From Patescibacteria group bacterium UBA2196 (GTDB lineage: Bacteria; Patescibacteriota; Patescibacteriia; UBA2196): a DNA stretch of 61,583 nt. Of this stretch, positions 40,384 to 49,047 are shown piece after piece. The stretch spans positions 1 to 61,583 of the forward strand of contig DCVE01000010.1 in NCBI GenBank assembly GCA_002328025.1, read 5' to 3'. The position numbers and the translations under genes are program-made. Numbering within the stretch: the stretch's first letter is position 1; every line of letters starts with the position of its first letter. Below the pieces are notes generated by a model. The model was not told where the DNA came from and did no database searches. It saw nothing but the letters and a program-made list of their open reading frames with translations.

Positions 40384-40450
40384 ATATTTTATATTTATAT
40401 TATTTAGAGTATTTAAATAAATTAATAATATATAGTAATAAGAGTGTAGA

Positions 40451-40644
40451 AGTGTATAAAATTTTATTTTGACTTAAAAAGTCATTTTATAACATCTATA
40501 GACTTTTATATAATTCACTTTTGATGTGGATATTAAGTTTTTTAAAAAACAATTAAGTGGATAAAAAATATTTTTTTAGTTTATTTTTATATATAGGTTA
40601 ATAAAATGATAATTTATAATTTTTTATACACATATTTATACACT
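40451..40644. promoter_or_regulatory. DnaA-box cluster in dnaA-dnaN intergenic region (oriC part)
   Basis: TTATACACA perfect box at 40624..40632; 8/9 boxes at 40451, 40525, 40556, 40636; very AT-rich surroundings. Confidence 0.6.
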
Positions 40645-42013
40645 ATTTATTGTATAGTTTTTGTTTAATAAGTAATATGTTTTGTTTAATTTTTCCATCA
40701 TTATTAAATTCTTCTTTAATTTTAGTGTAGGCATGCATAGCTGTGGTATGATCACGATTACCTAGTTCGTGACCTATTTTAATAAATGATGTCTCTAATT
40801 CTTCGCGCATTAAATACATAGCAATTTGTCTAGGCACGACTAATTCTTTTTTACGTGATATACCAATTATTTCAGTAGTGGATATATTAAAAAATTCAGA
40901 CACGGTTTGTATAATAGATTTATTAGAAAGTGAACTTTTTGGAATAATTGTATTTATACTTTGTAAAATACTTTTTACCTCATCTAGGGTTGGTTTGTGG
41001 TTGTTTAGTTGAAAACGAGCATATAAGTGATTTAAGGCACCCTCTAGTTCTCTAATATTGCTCTGTATGTTTTCCGCTAAATAACTAATAATGTTTTTTT
41101 CCAAACTAAAGTTTTTATCCATAGCTTTCTGTTCCAAGATGGCCACTCTGGTTTCATAGTCAGGTGTGGAAATATCAGCCGTCATCCCCCACTCAAAACG
41201 TGATTGTAATCTTTGTTCTAGATTTTGGATAGCCTTTGGTGATCGATCAGAAGAAATAATTAATTGCTTGTCTTTTTGATAAAGATCATTAAAGGTGTGA
41301 AAAAATTGTTCTTGGGTTTGTTCTTTACCAGCTATAAACTGTATATCATCAATAATTAAGACATCTATATTACGATATTTTTGTTGAAATTCATTAGCTC
41401 TATTAGTCCTTAAGGTATTAATAAATTCATTGGTGAATTTTTCACAAGTTAGATAAAGTAGTTTTATGTTTGGTTTATTATTAAGTATTTCATGTCCTAT
41501 AGCTTGTAGAAGGTGAGTTTTACCCAACCCAGCCTGTCCATAAATATATAATGGATTATAAGCACTTCCAAGGGCTTTAGATACTGCTTTGGCGGCTGCG
41601 TGGGCTAATTCATTGTTTTTTCCCACAATAAATTTATCAAAGGTGTATTTTGGATTTAAACCAAATTGGTTTTTAGGACAACCTTCCTCCTTCTCCTCAG
41701 TATTTGAATTACAATTAAAGTTGTTTATTTTTTCTTTTAAATTAGCTAAGTTTGTTGGTTTATTATTTATTTCAACCTTATAAAAAATCTGATTTATAGT
41801 GTTATTGGTGATGTGTTTTAAAGCCGTGACAATTTCATTTTGATATTTGTTTTCTAACCAAGTTTTAGTGAAGCCATTGGGTACACCCACAACAATACAA
41901 CTGTTTTCTTGTGAAACAATAAAAGTATTTTTAAACCAGGTTGTAAAATTAGCTTTACTTAAAGTTAATTCTAACTCACCTAAGATAGCTTGCCAAAGTT
42001 GTTCATTAGTCAT
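40643..42013 (-). CDS. dnaA: chromosomal replication initiator DnaA
   Basis: AAA+ Walker A GQAGLGKTHLL, IDDIQF, C-terminal DNA-binding domain ..RDHTT..HA..KI. Confidence 0.95.
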   Translation of the reverse strand: MTNEQLWQAILGELELTLSKANFTTWFKNTFIVSQENSCIVVGVPNGFTKTWLENKYQNEIVTALKHITNNTINQIFYKVEINNKPTNLANLKEKINNFNCNSNTEEKEEGCPKNQFGLNPKYTFDKFIVGKNNELAHAAAKAVSKALGSAYNPLYIYGQAGLGKTHLLQAIGHEILNNKPNIKLLYLTCEKFTNEFINTLRTNRANEFQQKYRNIDVLIIDDIQFIAGKEQTQEQFFHTFNDLYQKDKQLIISSDRSPKAIQNLEQRLQSRFEWGMTADISTPDYETRVAILEQKAMDKNFSLEKNIISYLAENIQSNIRELEGALNHLYARFQLNNHKPTLDEVKSILQSINTIIPKSSLSNKSIIQTVSEFFNISTTEIIGISRKKELVVPRQIAMYLMREELETSFIKIGHELGNRDHTTAMHAYTKIKEEFNNDGKIKQNILLIKQKLYNK

Positions 42014-42079
42014 TTTTATTTTGATTAGTCTTTGTATTTATATTTTACCACGATTATCTATAAGTAAAAACAAGTATAA

Positions 42080-42110
42080 AGTGTATAAAAGGTGAATTTA
42101 ATGTGTATAG
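42080..42110. promoter_or_regulatory. DnaA-box-like sites upstream of dnaA
   Basis: AGTGTATAA (42080) and TGTGTATAG (42102), each 8/9 to TGTGNATAA. Confidence 0.45.
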
Positions 42111-42151
42111 TTATAAAAAAGACAAAAAAATAATTAAAAATAGAAAATAAA

Positions 42152-42180
42152 TTGACAAAAAAACAAATATTACTTATAAT
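42152..42180 (+). promoter_or_regulatory. consensus promoter TTGACA-17-TATAAT for rpmH operon
   Basis: Read directly from sequence. Confidence 0.6.
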
Positions 42181-42212
42181 ATTGTATACAGAATATTAAA
42201 AACTTAAATAAT

Positions 42213-42350
42213 ATGCCCAAACGAACCTACCAACCATCTGTTATAAAAAAGAACAGAACCCATGGATTTAGAGCACGTATGAGTACAAAAAACGGTAGAA
42301 AAATTATCAAAGCTCGTATTAATAAGGGTAGAAAGAGAATAACCGTATAA
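42213..42350 (+). CDS. rpmH: 50S ribosomal protein L34
   Basis: Hand-translated [45 protein letters not shown] (too short for the ORF track). Confidence 0.9.
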   Translation: MPKRTYQPSVIKKNRTHGFRARMSTKNGRKIIKARINKGRKRITV

Positions 42351-42384
42351 TTTTGGCTAATATAGGCCAATATATAAGTATAGT

Positions 42385-42720
42385 ATGCTGATAAAGTTAA
42401 CAAAAAAGCGGGATTTTGATCAAATTATGAAGTTTGGTCGGTGTTTTTTTGTGGAAAGTTTTTATATTAAGGTCTTAAAAAATAATCTTCCTAATAATCG
42501 TTATGGTATTATGATTTCTTTAAAGGTGGACAAAAAAGCAGTGGTTAGAAACAAAATTCGCCGTCGTTTTAATGAAATTTTGCGTTTAAATAATTTAAAA
42601 ATCAGACAAGGTTTTGATATTGTAATATCAACCAAGGATATTATAAAAAACACACCATATGATCAAAACAAGCAGGACCTAGGGTTTTTATTGCATCAAG
42701 CTGATTTATTAAAAAGATAA
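42385..42720 (+). CDS. rnpA: ribonuclease P protein component
   Basis: Basic 111-aa protein after rpmH; KAVVRNKIRRR motif. Confidence 0.8.
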   Translation: MLIKLTKKRDFDQIMKFGRCFFVESFYIKVLKNNLPNNRYGIMISLKVDKKAVVRNKIRRRFNEILRLNNLKIRQGFDIVISTKDIIKNTPYDQNKQDLGFLLHQADLLKR

Positions 42721-42956
42721 TGTCTAAAAAAATACTATTAAGGATTATAAAAATATATCAATCCACGCTTTCTTTTGATCATGGTTGGTTGCATTATTTT
42801 AAACCACTAGGATTGTGTCGTTTTAGACCCACCTGTTCTGAATATACCTACCAAGCTGTAGAAAAGCACGGTGTTTTGGGGGGATTATACCGCGGTTTTA
42901 AAAGAATTTTGCGTTGCAATCCATTTAACCAGGGTGGTTATGATCCATTTTTATAG
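42720..42956 (+). CDS. yidD: membrane protein insertion efficiency factor YidD
   Basis: CRF.PTCSEY...A...HG...G......RIL.C.P. Confidence 0.85.
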   Translation: MSKKILLRIIKIYQSTLSFDHGWLHYFKPLGLCRFRPTCSEYTYQAVEKHGVLGGLYRGFKRILRCNPFNQGGYDPFL

Positions 42957-43023
42957 ATATTAAGTAATTTACGGGTGTTTTTTGAATATCCTTTTTTAGT
43001 ATTAAATTATTAAAATATAAAAT

Positions 43024-43755
43024 ATGTTTGGACAGCTTTATCATACTATTTTTTATCAACCCATTTTTAATTTACTGGTGTGGTTTTATAATATTGTACC
43101 CAGTCATGATATAGGTTTAGCTATTATTTTTGTTACTATTGTTATTAAAATAGTTTTATACCCATTTTCTCTGCAGGGTATTAAAGCGCAAAAAGCATTA
43201 CAAGATTTACAACCCAAAACAGATGATCTTAAAAAACAATATAAGGACGACCAACCGGGTTTAGCTAAGGCTACTATGGAATTGTATAAAAAAGAAAAAG
43301 TTTCACCTTTTTCCTCATGTCTACCTTTATTAATACAACTTCCCTTTTTGATCGCTGTATATAGCGTGTTTCGTAATGGACTTACCAATAAGCAGGGTTT
43401 TGATATTTTATATTCCTTTGTACAAGACCCAGGTAATATTAGCGCCATCGCATTTGGTTTTTTTGATATGGCTAAGGCTAATGTAATTCTGGCGGTTTTA
43501 GCTGGTGCGGCACAATTTTGGGTTTCAAAGATGTTGGTAACAAAAAAACAACCGCAAGTTCTGGGTGCTAAGGATGAAGATATGACTTCAATTATGAATA
43601 AGCAGATGACTTTATTTATGCCAATCATTACTGTTTTTATTGGTTTATCGCTGCCAGCTGGTTTAACTTTATATTGGTTTATTACAACACTTTTAACAGG
43701 CGTGCAGCAGTTATACTTTTTTAAGAAAAAAAGTACCTCCGTAGTTAGTTCTTAA
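43024..43755 (+). CDS. yidC: membrane insertase YidC/Oxa1 (short form)
   Basis: GLAII..T...K..L.P......KS, LY.....NP...CLP.L.Q.P; operon context. Confidence 0.85.
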   Translation: MFGQLYHTIFYQPIFNLLVWFYNIVPSHDIGLAIIFVTIVIKIVLYPFSLQGIKAQKALQDLQPKTDDLKKQYKDDQPGLAKATMELYKKEKVSPFSSCLPLLIQLPFLIAVYSVFRNGLTNKQGFDILYSFVQDPGNISAIAFGFFDMAKANVILAVLAGAAQFWVSKMLVTKKQPQVLGAKDEDMTSIMNKQMTLFMPIITVFIGLSLPAGLTLYWFITTLLTGVQQLYFFKKKSTSVVSS

Positions 43756-43766
43756 ATTTTTAATGT

Positions 43767-44078
43767 ATGAAAATTTCTTCTCAAAAAATAATTAACTTAC
43801 CAGTCGAAACAGTTGGGGGCCATCAGTTGGGTTGGGTGGAAAGCTTTATAGTTGATATTGATTCACAGAGTATTTTAGAATATGTTGTTAAGTCGTCTGG
43901 TTTAGTCCAAAAAATAGTTACCAGTAAATTAATTATTTCTCGGGGTCAAGTCGTGGATATTAGTGAAAAAAAACTCATTGTTGATGATTTGGTTATAAAT
44001 GAAAGGGAAAAGACTCAAAAAAAGACAATCAAACAAAAAGCCGCCCAAAGTGCGTCCATGAAAGAAATCAAAGACTAA
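43767..44078 (+). CDS. PRC-barrel-like small protein
   Basis: LPVETVGG..LG.V....VD.....I..YVV pattern. Confidence 0.4.
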   Translation: MKISSQKIINLPVETVGGHQLGWVESFIVDIDSQSILEYVVKSSGLVQKIVTSKLIISRGQVVDISEKKLIVDDLVINEREKTQKKTIKQKAAQSASMKEIKD

Positions 44079-44126
44079 GAGGTTAGAAAAAAACAACCCT
44101 ACATTTCTAGGGTTGTTTTTTTTATT

Positions 44127-44885
44127 CTAAAATTTTCTATTTTTTCCGACAATGATTTTTAGTTTTCGATTAGAGATTGTCACCTCCGCGGGTGTTTTCA
44201 TTATTTTATGGGCATCAACTAAAACAGAATTGTTTTCTTGAGAAGATAGAATTTTAGCTTTCTGCACCCTAATTAGACCTTTTATAAGTGGTTTGTTTTT
44301 ACCAAAATTAAAAAAACTACCACTTACTTTGGGTGTAGAGATAATTTCCAAATTTTTATCCTGAGGATTAAACACGACTCCCATATTATCCTTTAAACAT
44401 AAATTATAGATACCAAGTTTTTCTGTATTTTCTAAAGCTTTAATTTCATAACTGTCATTGCAAATTATAACAGTCCCCACGCCATATATTTCCACTGAAG
44501 ATAAAAAATATTGTCCATTCACATTACCCAAATCAATCTCCTCAATTCTCCTAGCTGCAATAATGTCGCAAGCTTGTTCTTCTTTATTTATACCAAAAAA
44601 ATCAGCTATCACATTTTCTTCCCCAATCGGGATAATACCTAGTATAATTTCCTTGTCAGCTACAATGTTTAAAATTTTAGCTAAGGTTTTATCATTACCC
44701 ACAATAATTACTACATCAGGTTTTTTATCTATCAACTCTTTTATGTAAGACTCAAAATTTTTCAAGAGCGTGATTCTGTTTGTTTTTCCATTGATACCCA
44801 AATCCAACAGCCTATTTTCGATACGTGTTAAAACCTTATTGTATTTTTTGTCAGACAGAAAACTGTCATAAATATATTGATACAT
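44127..44885 (-). CDS. diacylglycerol/lipid kinase-like (YegS/NAD-kinase fold) protein with altered GGDGT motif
   Basis: DVVIIVGNDKTLAKILN where GGDGT is expected; overall size and layout. Confidence 0.35.
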   Translation of the reverse strand: MYQYIYDSFLSDKKYNKVLTRIENRLLDLGINGKTNRITLLKNFESYIKELIDKKPDVVIIVGNDKTLAKILNIVADKEIILGIIPIGEENVIADFFGINKEEQACDIIAARRIEEIDLGNVNGQYFLSSVEIYGVGTVIICNDSYEIKALENTEKLGIYNLCLKDNMGVVFNPQDKNLEIISTPKVSGSFFNFGKNKPLIKGLIRVQKAKILSSQENNSVLVDAHKIMKTPAEVTISNRKLKIIVGKNRKF

Positions 44886-44924
44886 AATTTAGTAGATATT
44901 TTTATCACCCATTGGTTTGTCCTT

Positions 44925-45287
44925 TTATTCCTTCTCTATTAAAATAGAGCTCTCCATGCTGACTTTTCCATCCAAACGAGCACCTGTGGCTATGGTTAAA
45001 ACTTTGGCTGAAATGTCGCCGGTTATTTTGGCTGTAGCTGTTAATTCCAAACTCTCGGTTATTTTCAAGTTACCTATAACTTGTCCGGCCACCAACGCGT
45101 TAGCCGCCTCAACATCTGCTATAATTTTAGCATTTTCACCCACGGTTAAGTTTTTTTTGGTGGACAATTTACCTTCTACACCACCCTCTACAATCACGTC
45201 ACCCTCGCCCTTAAAATCCCCTTCAATTTTAACGGTGGATCCAATAATGGTTTCCACATCTTTAAATTCTTTAGACATAGACGTCAT
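44925..45287 (-). CDS. bactofilin-family cytoskeletal protein
   Basis: Beta-helix repeats IIGSTVKIEGDFKGEGDVIVEGGVEGKL..; the + strand ORF here is its shadow. Confidence 0.8.
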   Translation of the reverse strand: MTSMSKEFKDVETIIGSTVKIEGDFKGEGDVIVEGGVEGKLSTKKNLTVGENAKIIADVEAANALVAGQVIGNLKITESLELTATAKITGDISAKVLTIATGARLDGKVSMESSILIEKE

Positions 45288-45437
45288 AAATTAATTATTT
45301 TATATAGATAAGCTTAGCTGTATTTTAAAAAGTTGTAAAGATGTTTATAAATTGTTAAGATAAACAAAGAGATCTGTGTTTTTTAGAATAATTTTATGTA
45401 TCAATTTTAGTATATACTTGTTCCTGTCATGACCCAG

Positions 45438-45509
45438 GCCCCCGTAGTTCAATGGATAGAACAAGGGACTCCTAAGCCTTAAATATAGGTCCAATTCCTA
45501 TCGGGGGCA
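45438..45509 (+). tRNA. tRNA-Arg(CCT) with atypical T-loop (TCCAATT)
   Basis: Cloverleaf; anticodon loop CTCCTAA; A31-G39 mismatch; position 55 is C. Confidence 0.7.
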
Positions 45510-45550
45510 TAGGTGGTGGCAGGTAGCGGTGCGGACTCTTTATTTTGTTG

Positions 45551-45621
45551 GGGCTTATAGTATAGTGGTAATATGCCGCATTCGCATTGCGGAGACGCGA
45601 GTTCGATTCTCGCTAAGTCCA
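45551..45621 (+). tRNA. tRNA-Ala(CGC)
   Basis: Cloverleaf; anticodon loop TTCGCAT; G3:U70 pair. Confidence 0.8.
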
Positions 45622-45681
45622 AAATTTGATAAATTTATTTTATTTTGATATTCTGTTATCAAAATCTAGCAATAGTTATAT

Positions 45682-45754
45682 GGGCCCTTAGCTCATTTGG
45701 TAGAGCGCTTCCATGGCATGGAAGAGGTGAGGGGTTCGATCCCCCTAGGGTCCA
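45682..45754 (+). tRNA. tRNA-Ala(GGC)
   Basis: Cloverleaf; anticodon loop ATGGCAT; G3:U70 pair. Confidence 0.9.
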
Positions 45755-45763
45755 TATATAAAG

Positions 45764-45786
45764 ACCACTGTCTAGCAGTGGTTTTT
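45764..45786 (+). terminator. intrinsic terminator after tRNA cluster
   Basis: ACCACTG-tctag-CAGTGGT followed by TTTTT. Confidence 0.65.
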
Positions 45787-46037
45787 ATATTACAACACAA
45801 TTTGACATAATCACCAAAAATCTGTCTAATTCCACAAAAACATTAACTTTAGCTAATATAAAACAAAAACCAAATAAAACACCTGTTTTTCATAAAAATC
45901 AATTTATTTTAATAAAAAGTATGGTTTTATTTAAAGTTAGCCAAAAAAACAAAAAACGCATCATATTTTATAAAATATAGGTTTTTTTAAAAACAACTAT
46001 ATATAAGATTGTGAACTATTTCTACATAAAAATGTAT

Positions 46038-46053
46038 TGTTCCACGTGGAACA
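46038..46053. promoter_or_regulatory. parS-type ParB-binding palindrome TGTTCCACGTGGAACA (copy 1; palindrome extends over 46033..46058)
   Basis: Fits the known parS consensus TGTTNCACGTGAAACA at 15 of the 16 positions (position 5 is N); perfect dyad. Confidence 0.7.
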
Positions 46054-46130
46054 ATACATATAGTAGATCTTTTTGAGAATTTTTTTATAACAATTGTATT
46101 TTTAGCTTATATTAGTCAAAATAATTGAAT

Positions 46131-46146
46131 TGTTCCACGTGGAACA
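46131..46146. promoter_or_regulatory. parS-type palindrome TGTTCCACGTGGAACA (copy 2)
   Basis: Identical 16-mer, 93 bp from copy 1. Confidence 0.7.
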
Positions 46147-46172
46147 ATGTAAAATATACAAATGTCCAGACC

Positions 46173-46195
46173 AGTGTAGACAAAGTGTGTATAAG
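46173..46195 (+). repeat. 23-nt repeat AGTGTAGACAAAGTGTGTATAAG containing DnaA box TGTGTATAA (46186..46194)
   Basis: 22/23 identical to 46288..46310; box matches TGTGNATAA 9/9. Confidence 0.6.
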
Positions 46196-46242
46196 TAGCT
46201 CAAAAAGGCTGTTTTAGAGGATAACTTTGGTAAACTTAAAAT

Positions 46243-46258
46243 TGTTCCACGTGGAACA
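46243..46258. promoter_or_regulatory. parS-type palindrome TGTTCCACGTGGAACA (copy 3; palindrome extends over 46238..46263)
   Basis: Identical 16-mer, 112 bp from copy 2. Confidence 0.7.
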
Positions 46259-46287
46259 ATTTTAAATTATGTAGTTTTGTCTACATT

Positions 46288-46310
46288 AGTGTAGACAGAG
46301 TGTGTATAAG
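46288..46310 (+). repeat. 23-nt repeat AGTGTAGACAGAGTGTGTATAAG containing DnaA box TGTGTATAA (46301..46309)
   Basis: Second copy; same position relative to the preceding parS. Confidence 0.6.
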
Positions 46311-46459
46311 ATGCATAAAAACACGCCTCTAGGGGATAAGGTAGAGGTTGGGCTGGTTTTATAATTAAAAACTATTCACAGGATATGGTTTAATTAAATC
46401 TAGCTCCGCCATAAATTTTGGGTTATAAAATTTTAAATAATCAAAATAGACCACTTTAG

Positions 46460-46489
46460 TTTACATATTTTAAGTATGTATGCTATAAT
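46460..46489 (+). promoter_or_regulatory. promoter TTTACA-18-TATAAT with TG extension
   Basis: TTTACA at 46460, TGCTATAAT at 46481..46489, upstream of 46537 CDS. Confidence 0.45.
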
Positions 46490-46536
46490 CAATACATATA
46501 TACACACACAGACTATATATAATATACACAAAAAAT

Positions 46537-46767
46537 ATGGAATTGATTGAGAATGAAAAGACAAAAAAAGAAAGATTTAAGAAATCTGCTGAATCTCGTA
46601 CTATTAATGTGCTTAGAGCTTTAAAAGTACTTGGTAATTGTGCTAACCAAAATCTATATAACTACCATGAATATGAAATAAACAAAATTTTTAGGATAAT
46701 TGAAAAAAAGGTTCTTGAAACCAGGGGTAAGTTTGAAACCATAGATGAAGAAAGTTTTAAATTGTAA
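46537..46767 (+). CDS. small hypothetical protein (76 aa, helical, basic N-terminus)
   Basis: ORF with own promoter directly after the parS/DnaA-box array; no recognised domain. Confidence 0.45.
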   Translation: MELIENEKTKKERFKKSAESRTINVLRALKVLGNCANQNLYNYHEYEINKIFRIIEKKVLETRGKFETIDEESFKL

Positions 46768-46822
46768 GGGGTGATTAAAAATGATAGTATAAAAAATGTA
46801 AAAAATAATAAATTTAAAAACT

Positions 46823-47722
46823 ATGTACGATGTTGTTATTATTGGTGCTGGCCCAGCTGGCATGACGGCAGCCATCTATTGCACCAGACGAGCTATGAAA
46901 ACTTTAATCATCAGCAAAGAAATCGGTGGACAGGTGGCCAGAACTTTTCTAATTGAAAATTATCCGGGTTTAAAAAAAGTGGATGGTGTAAGCTTGGCTT
47001 TTGATATGAAGGCGCAGGTGGAAAGCTTGGGCGGAGAGTTTTTAATGGATACCATTGAAAAGATAGAAAAATTACCTTCCGGCGGTTTTGAAGTTAGTAG
47101 CACGGATAGGCACTACTTAACTAAGACTGTTGTTGTGGCCGCTGGATTAGTCAAAAAAAAGTTGGGCATAACAAACGAGGAAAAATATAGTGGACACGGA
47201 TTATCCTATTGTATTAATTGTGATGGACCACTGTTCAAAGGTAAGAAGGTTGCTGTAGTTGGTGGTGGTAATTCCGGCGCGGAGGCAGTCGAGTTTTTAA
47301 CTAAAATTTGTCCACAAGTTTATTGGTTAGAAATTACCGATCAAATACGAGCGGAAGCTGTCTTGTTAGATAAAATAAAAAAACTGGACAATGTTGAAAT
47401 ATTTGCGCAGGCGAAAATAATTGCCTTAAGTGGCAATGACATGCTTTCTGGTATTGTGATTGACCAAAACGGTAAAAAACTAGAAAAAGATGTTCAAGGT
47501 GTTTTTGTTGAAATTGGCTATCAGGCACAAACCGACTGGTTAAAAAATACTCTAGATTTGGATGAAGTGGGACAAATTAAAATTAATGCATTAGGACACA
47601 CCAGTTGCCCTGGAATTTTTGCTGCCGGTGATGTAACCCAAAGTCATTACAAACAAATTGTTGTTGCCGAAGGCATGGGCGCCATAGCCGCCTTAGAAGC
47701 GTACAGGTTTTGTCGTGGTTAG
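46823..47722 (+). CDS. trxB: thioredoxin-disulfide reductase
   Basis: FAD site VVIIGAGPAGMTAA, redox CINC (CxxC), NADPH site GGGNSGAEA, GIFAAGD. Confidence 0.8.
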   Translation: MYDVVIIGAGPAGMTAAIYCTRRAMKTLIISKEIGGQVARTFLIENYPGLKKVDGVSLAFDMKAQVESLGGEFLMDTIEKIEKLPSGGFEVSSTDRHYLTKTVVVAAGLVKKKLGITNEEKYSGHGLSYCINCDGPLFKGKKVAVVGGGNSGAEAVEFLTKICPQVYWLEITDQIRAEAVLLDKIKKLDNVEIFAQAKIIALSGNDMLSGIVIDQNGKKLEKDVQGVFVEIGYQAQTDWLKNTLDLDEVGQIKINALGHTSCPGIFAAGDVTQSHYKQIVVAEGMGAIAALEAYRFCRG

Positions 47723-47818
47723 AAATAAAATTAAAAAGATTAGTCAAAATTGAAACATGTTTTGACTTTTTTATTTTTATATAAAGTAGTATAATTAAAA
47801 CAAGTTAACTTTAAAAGA

Positions 47819-48430
47819 ATGAATTTAAAATTTGAAAATAAATTGTGGCACTCTGGTTATGATCACGTGGCCGGTTTGGATGAAGTGGGACGTGGTTCAT
47901 GGGCTGGACCATTGGTGGCTGCGGCTGTAGTTTTGCCGCGTGGCGCAAAAATCATTGGTGTGGATGATTCAAAAAAGCTTATTCCACAAAAAAGAGAACG
48001 AATTTTTTTAGATATTGTTAAAATAGCCTTAGGTTGGGGCTTGGGTATTGTGTCTCAAAAGACTATTGATGAGGTGGGTATTTTGCAGGCCAACAAGATG
48101 GCTTTTATACAAGCTTTGGAAAAAATTAATCTTGAACCGCAATATATTTTAGTGGATGGTATAAAAAATTTTGAACCCTCAACCCCTCACGAATTTATCA
48201 TCGGTGGTGACAGTAAAATCATGTCAATTGCCGCGGCTTCCATCGTGGCTAAGGTTGTGCGGGATCAAATTTTAAACCAACTTCACCATTTTTACCCCCA
48301 TTATAACCTTCAGCAACATAAGGGTTATGGTACTCCCGAGCACCGTCAAGCTTTACAAGAGCATGGTTTATCAGAAGTTCATCGTCTGAGTTTTCGACCT
48401 ATGGAAGAAATGATGATGCAAGAATTTTAA
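47819..48430 (+). CDS. rnhB: ribonuclease HII
   Basis: GLDEVGRGSWAGPLV, DDSKKL, ASI.AKV.RD. Confidence 0.9.
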   Translation: MNLKFENKLWHSGYDHVAGLDEVGRGSWAGPLVAAAVVLPRGAKIIGVDDSKKLIPQKRERIFLDIVKIALGWGLGIVSQKTIDEVGILQANKMAFIQALEKINLEPQYILVDGIKNFEPSTPHEFIIGGDSKIMSIAAASIVAKVVRDQILNQLHHFYPHYNLQQHKGYGTPEHRQALQEHGLSEVHRLSFRPMEEMMMQEF

Positions 48431-48441
48431 TTTTTAATCAT

Positions 48442-49002
48442 ATGAATTTACAAAAAATTTCCGGTGGTACTGGTTTGCTAGATCCAGAAAAAATTTTAAA
48501 GGACGAATTACAGCTTGTCCTAGGCTCCTGGGTGGGTGATTTTGGTTGTGGTGGGGCAGCTTACTTTACCTTTGAAACAGCTCGTCAGGTGGGTGAGGGC
48601 GGTTTGGTTTATGCCGTGGACGTTTTAAAGAGCGTCCTGGATAACATAAAAAGGCGCTCGCAAGAACTAAATTTTAAAAACATAATCACCTTGTGGTCTA
48701 ATTTAGAAAAGTTTGGTGCTTGCAAGATCAACAACAGCAGTTTGGACTATGGTCTTTTAATTAATGTGATGTTTCAAAATAAAAATCGAGCCAGTCTATT
48801 AAAAGAAGTGGCACGGATGATTAAGCCAGGCGGAAAAATTTTGGTCGTTGATTGGAAGGAAGGTCGTTTTCCAATTGGACCGCGAGCGAGTGATAGAATG
48901 ACACTAGTCGAACTGGTCAGTCTGGCAGATTTGGTGGGTATAAAATTAGAGAAAAAGTTTGAAGCAGGTCAATACCATTATGGAGTTATCTTTGTTAAAT
49001 GA
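48442..49002 (+). CDS. class I SAM-dependent methyltransferase
   Basis: Motif I VGDFGCGGA, later KPGGKILVVDW. Confidence 0.6.
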   Translation: MNLQKISGGTGLLDPEKILKDELQLVLGSWVGDFGCGGAAYFTFETARQVGEGGLVYAVDVLKSVLDNIKRRSQELNFKNIITLWSNLEKFGACKINNSSLDYGLLINVMFQNKNRASLLKEVARMIKPGGKILVVDWKEGRFPIGPRASDRMTLVELVSLADLVGIKLEKKFEAGQYHYGVIFVK

Positions 49003-49047
49003 TTTTTATTGACAAACAGGTGTTGTTGGTAATAAAATATATAAATT

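Noticed and set aside
43104-43628. 174-aa minus-strand ORF
   Set aside because: It lies antisense within yidC and has no supporting motifs.
44917-45294. 125-aa + strand ORF
   Set aside because: It mirrors the bactofilin gene on the minus strand, which has the characteristic beta-helix repeats.
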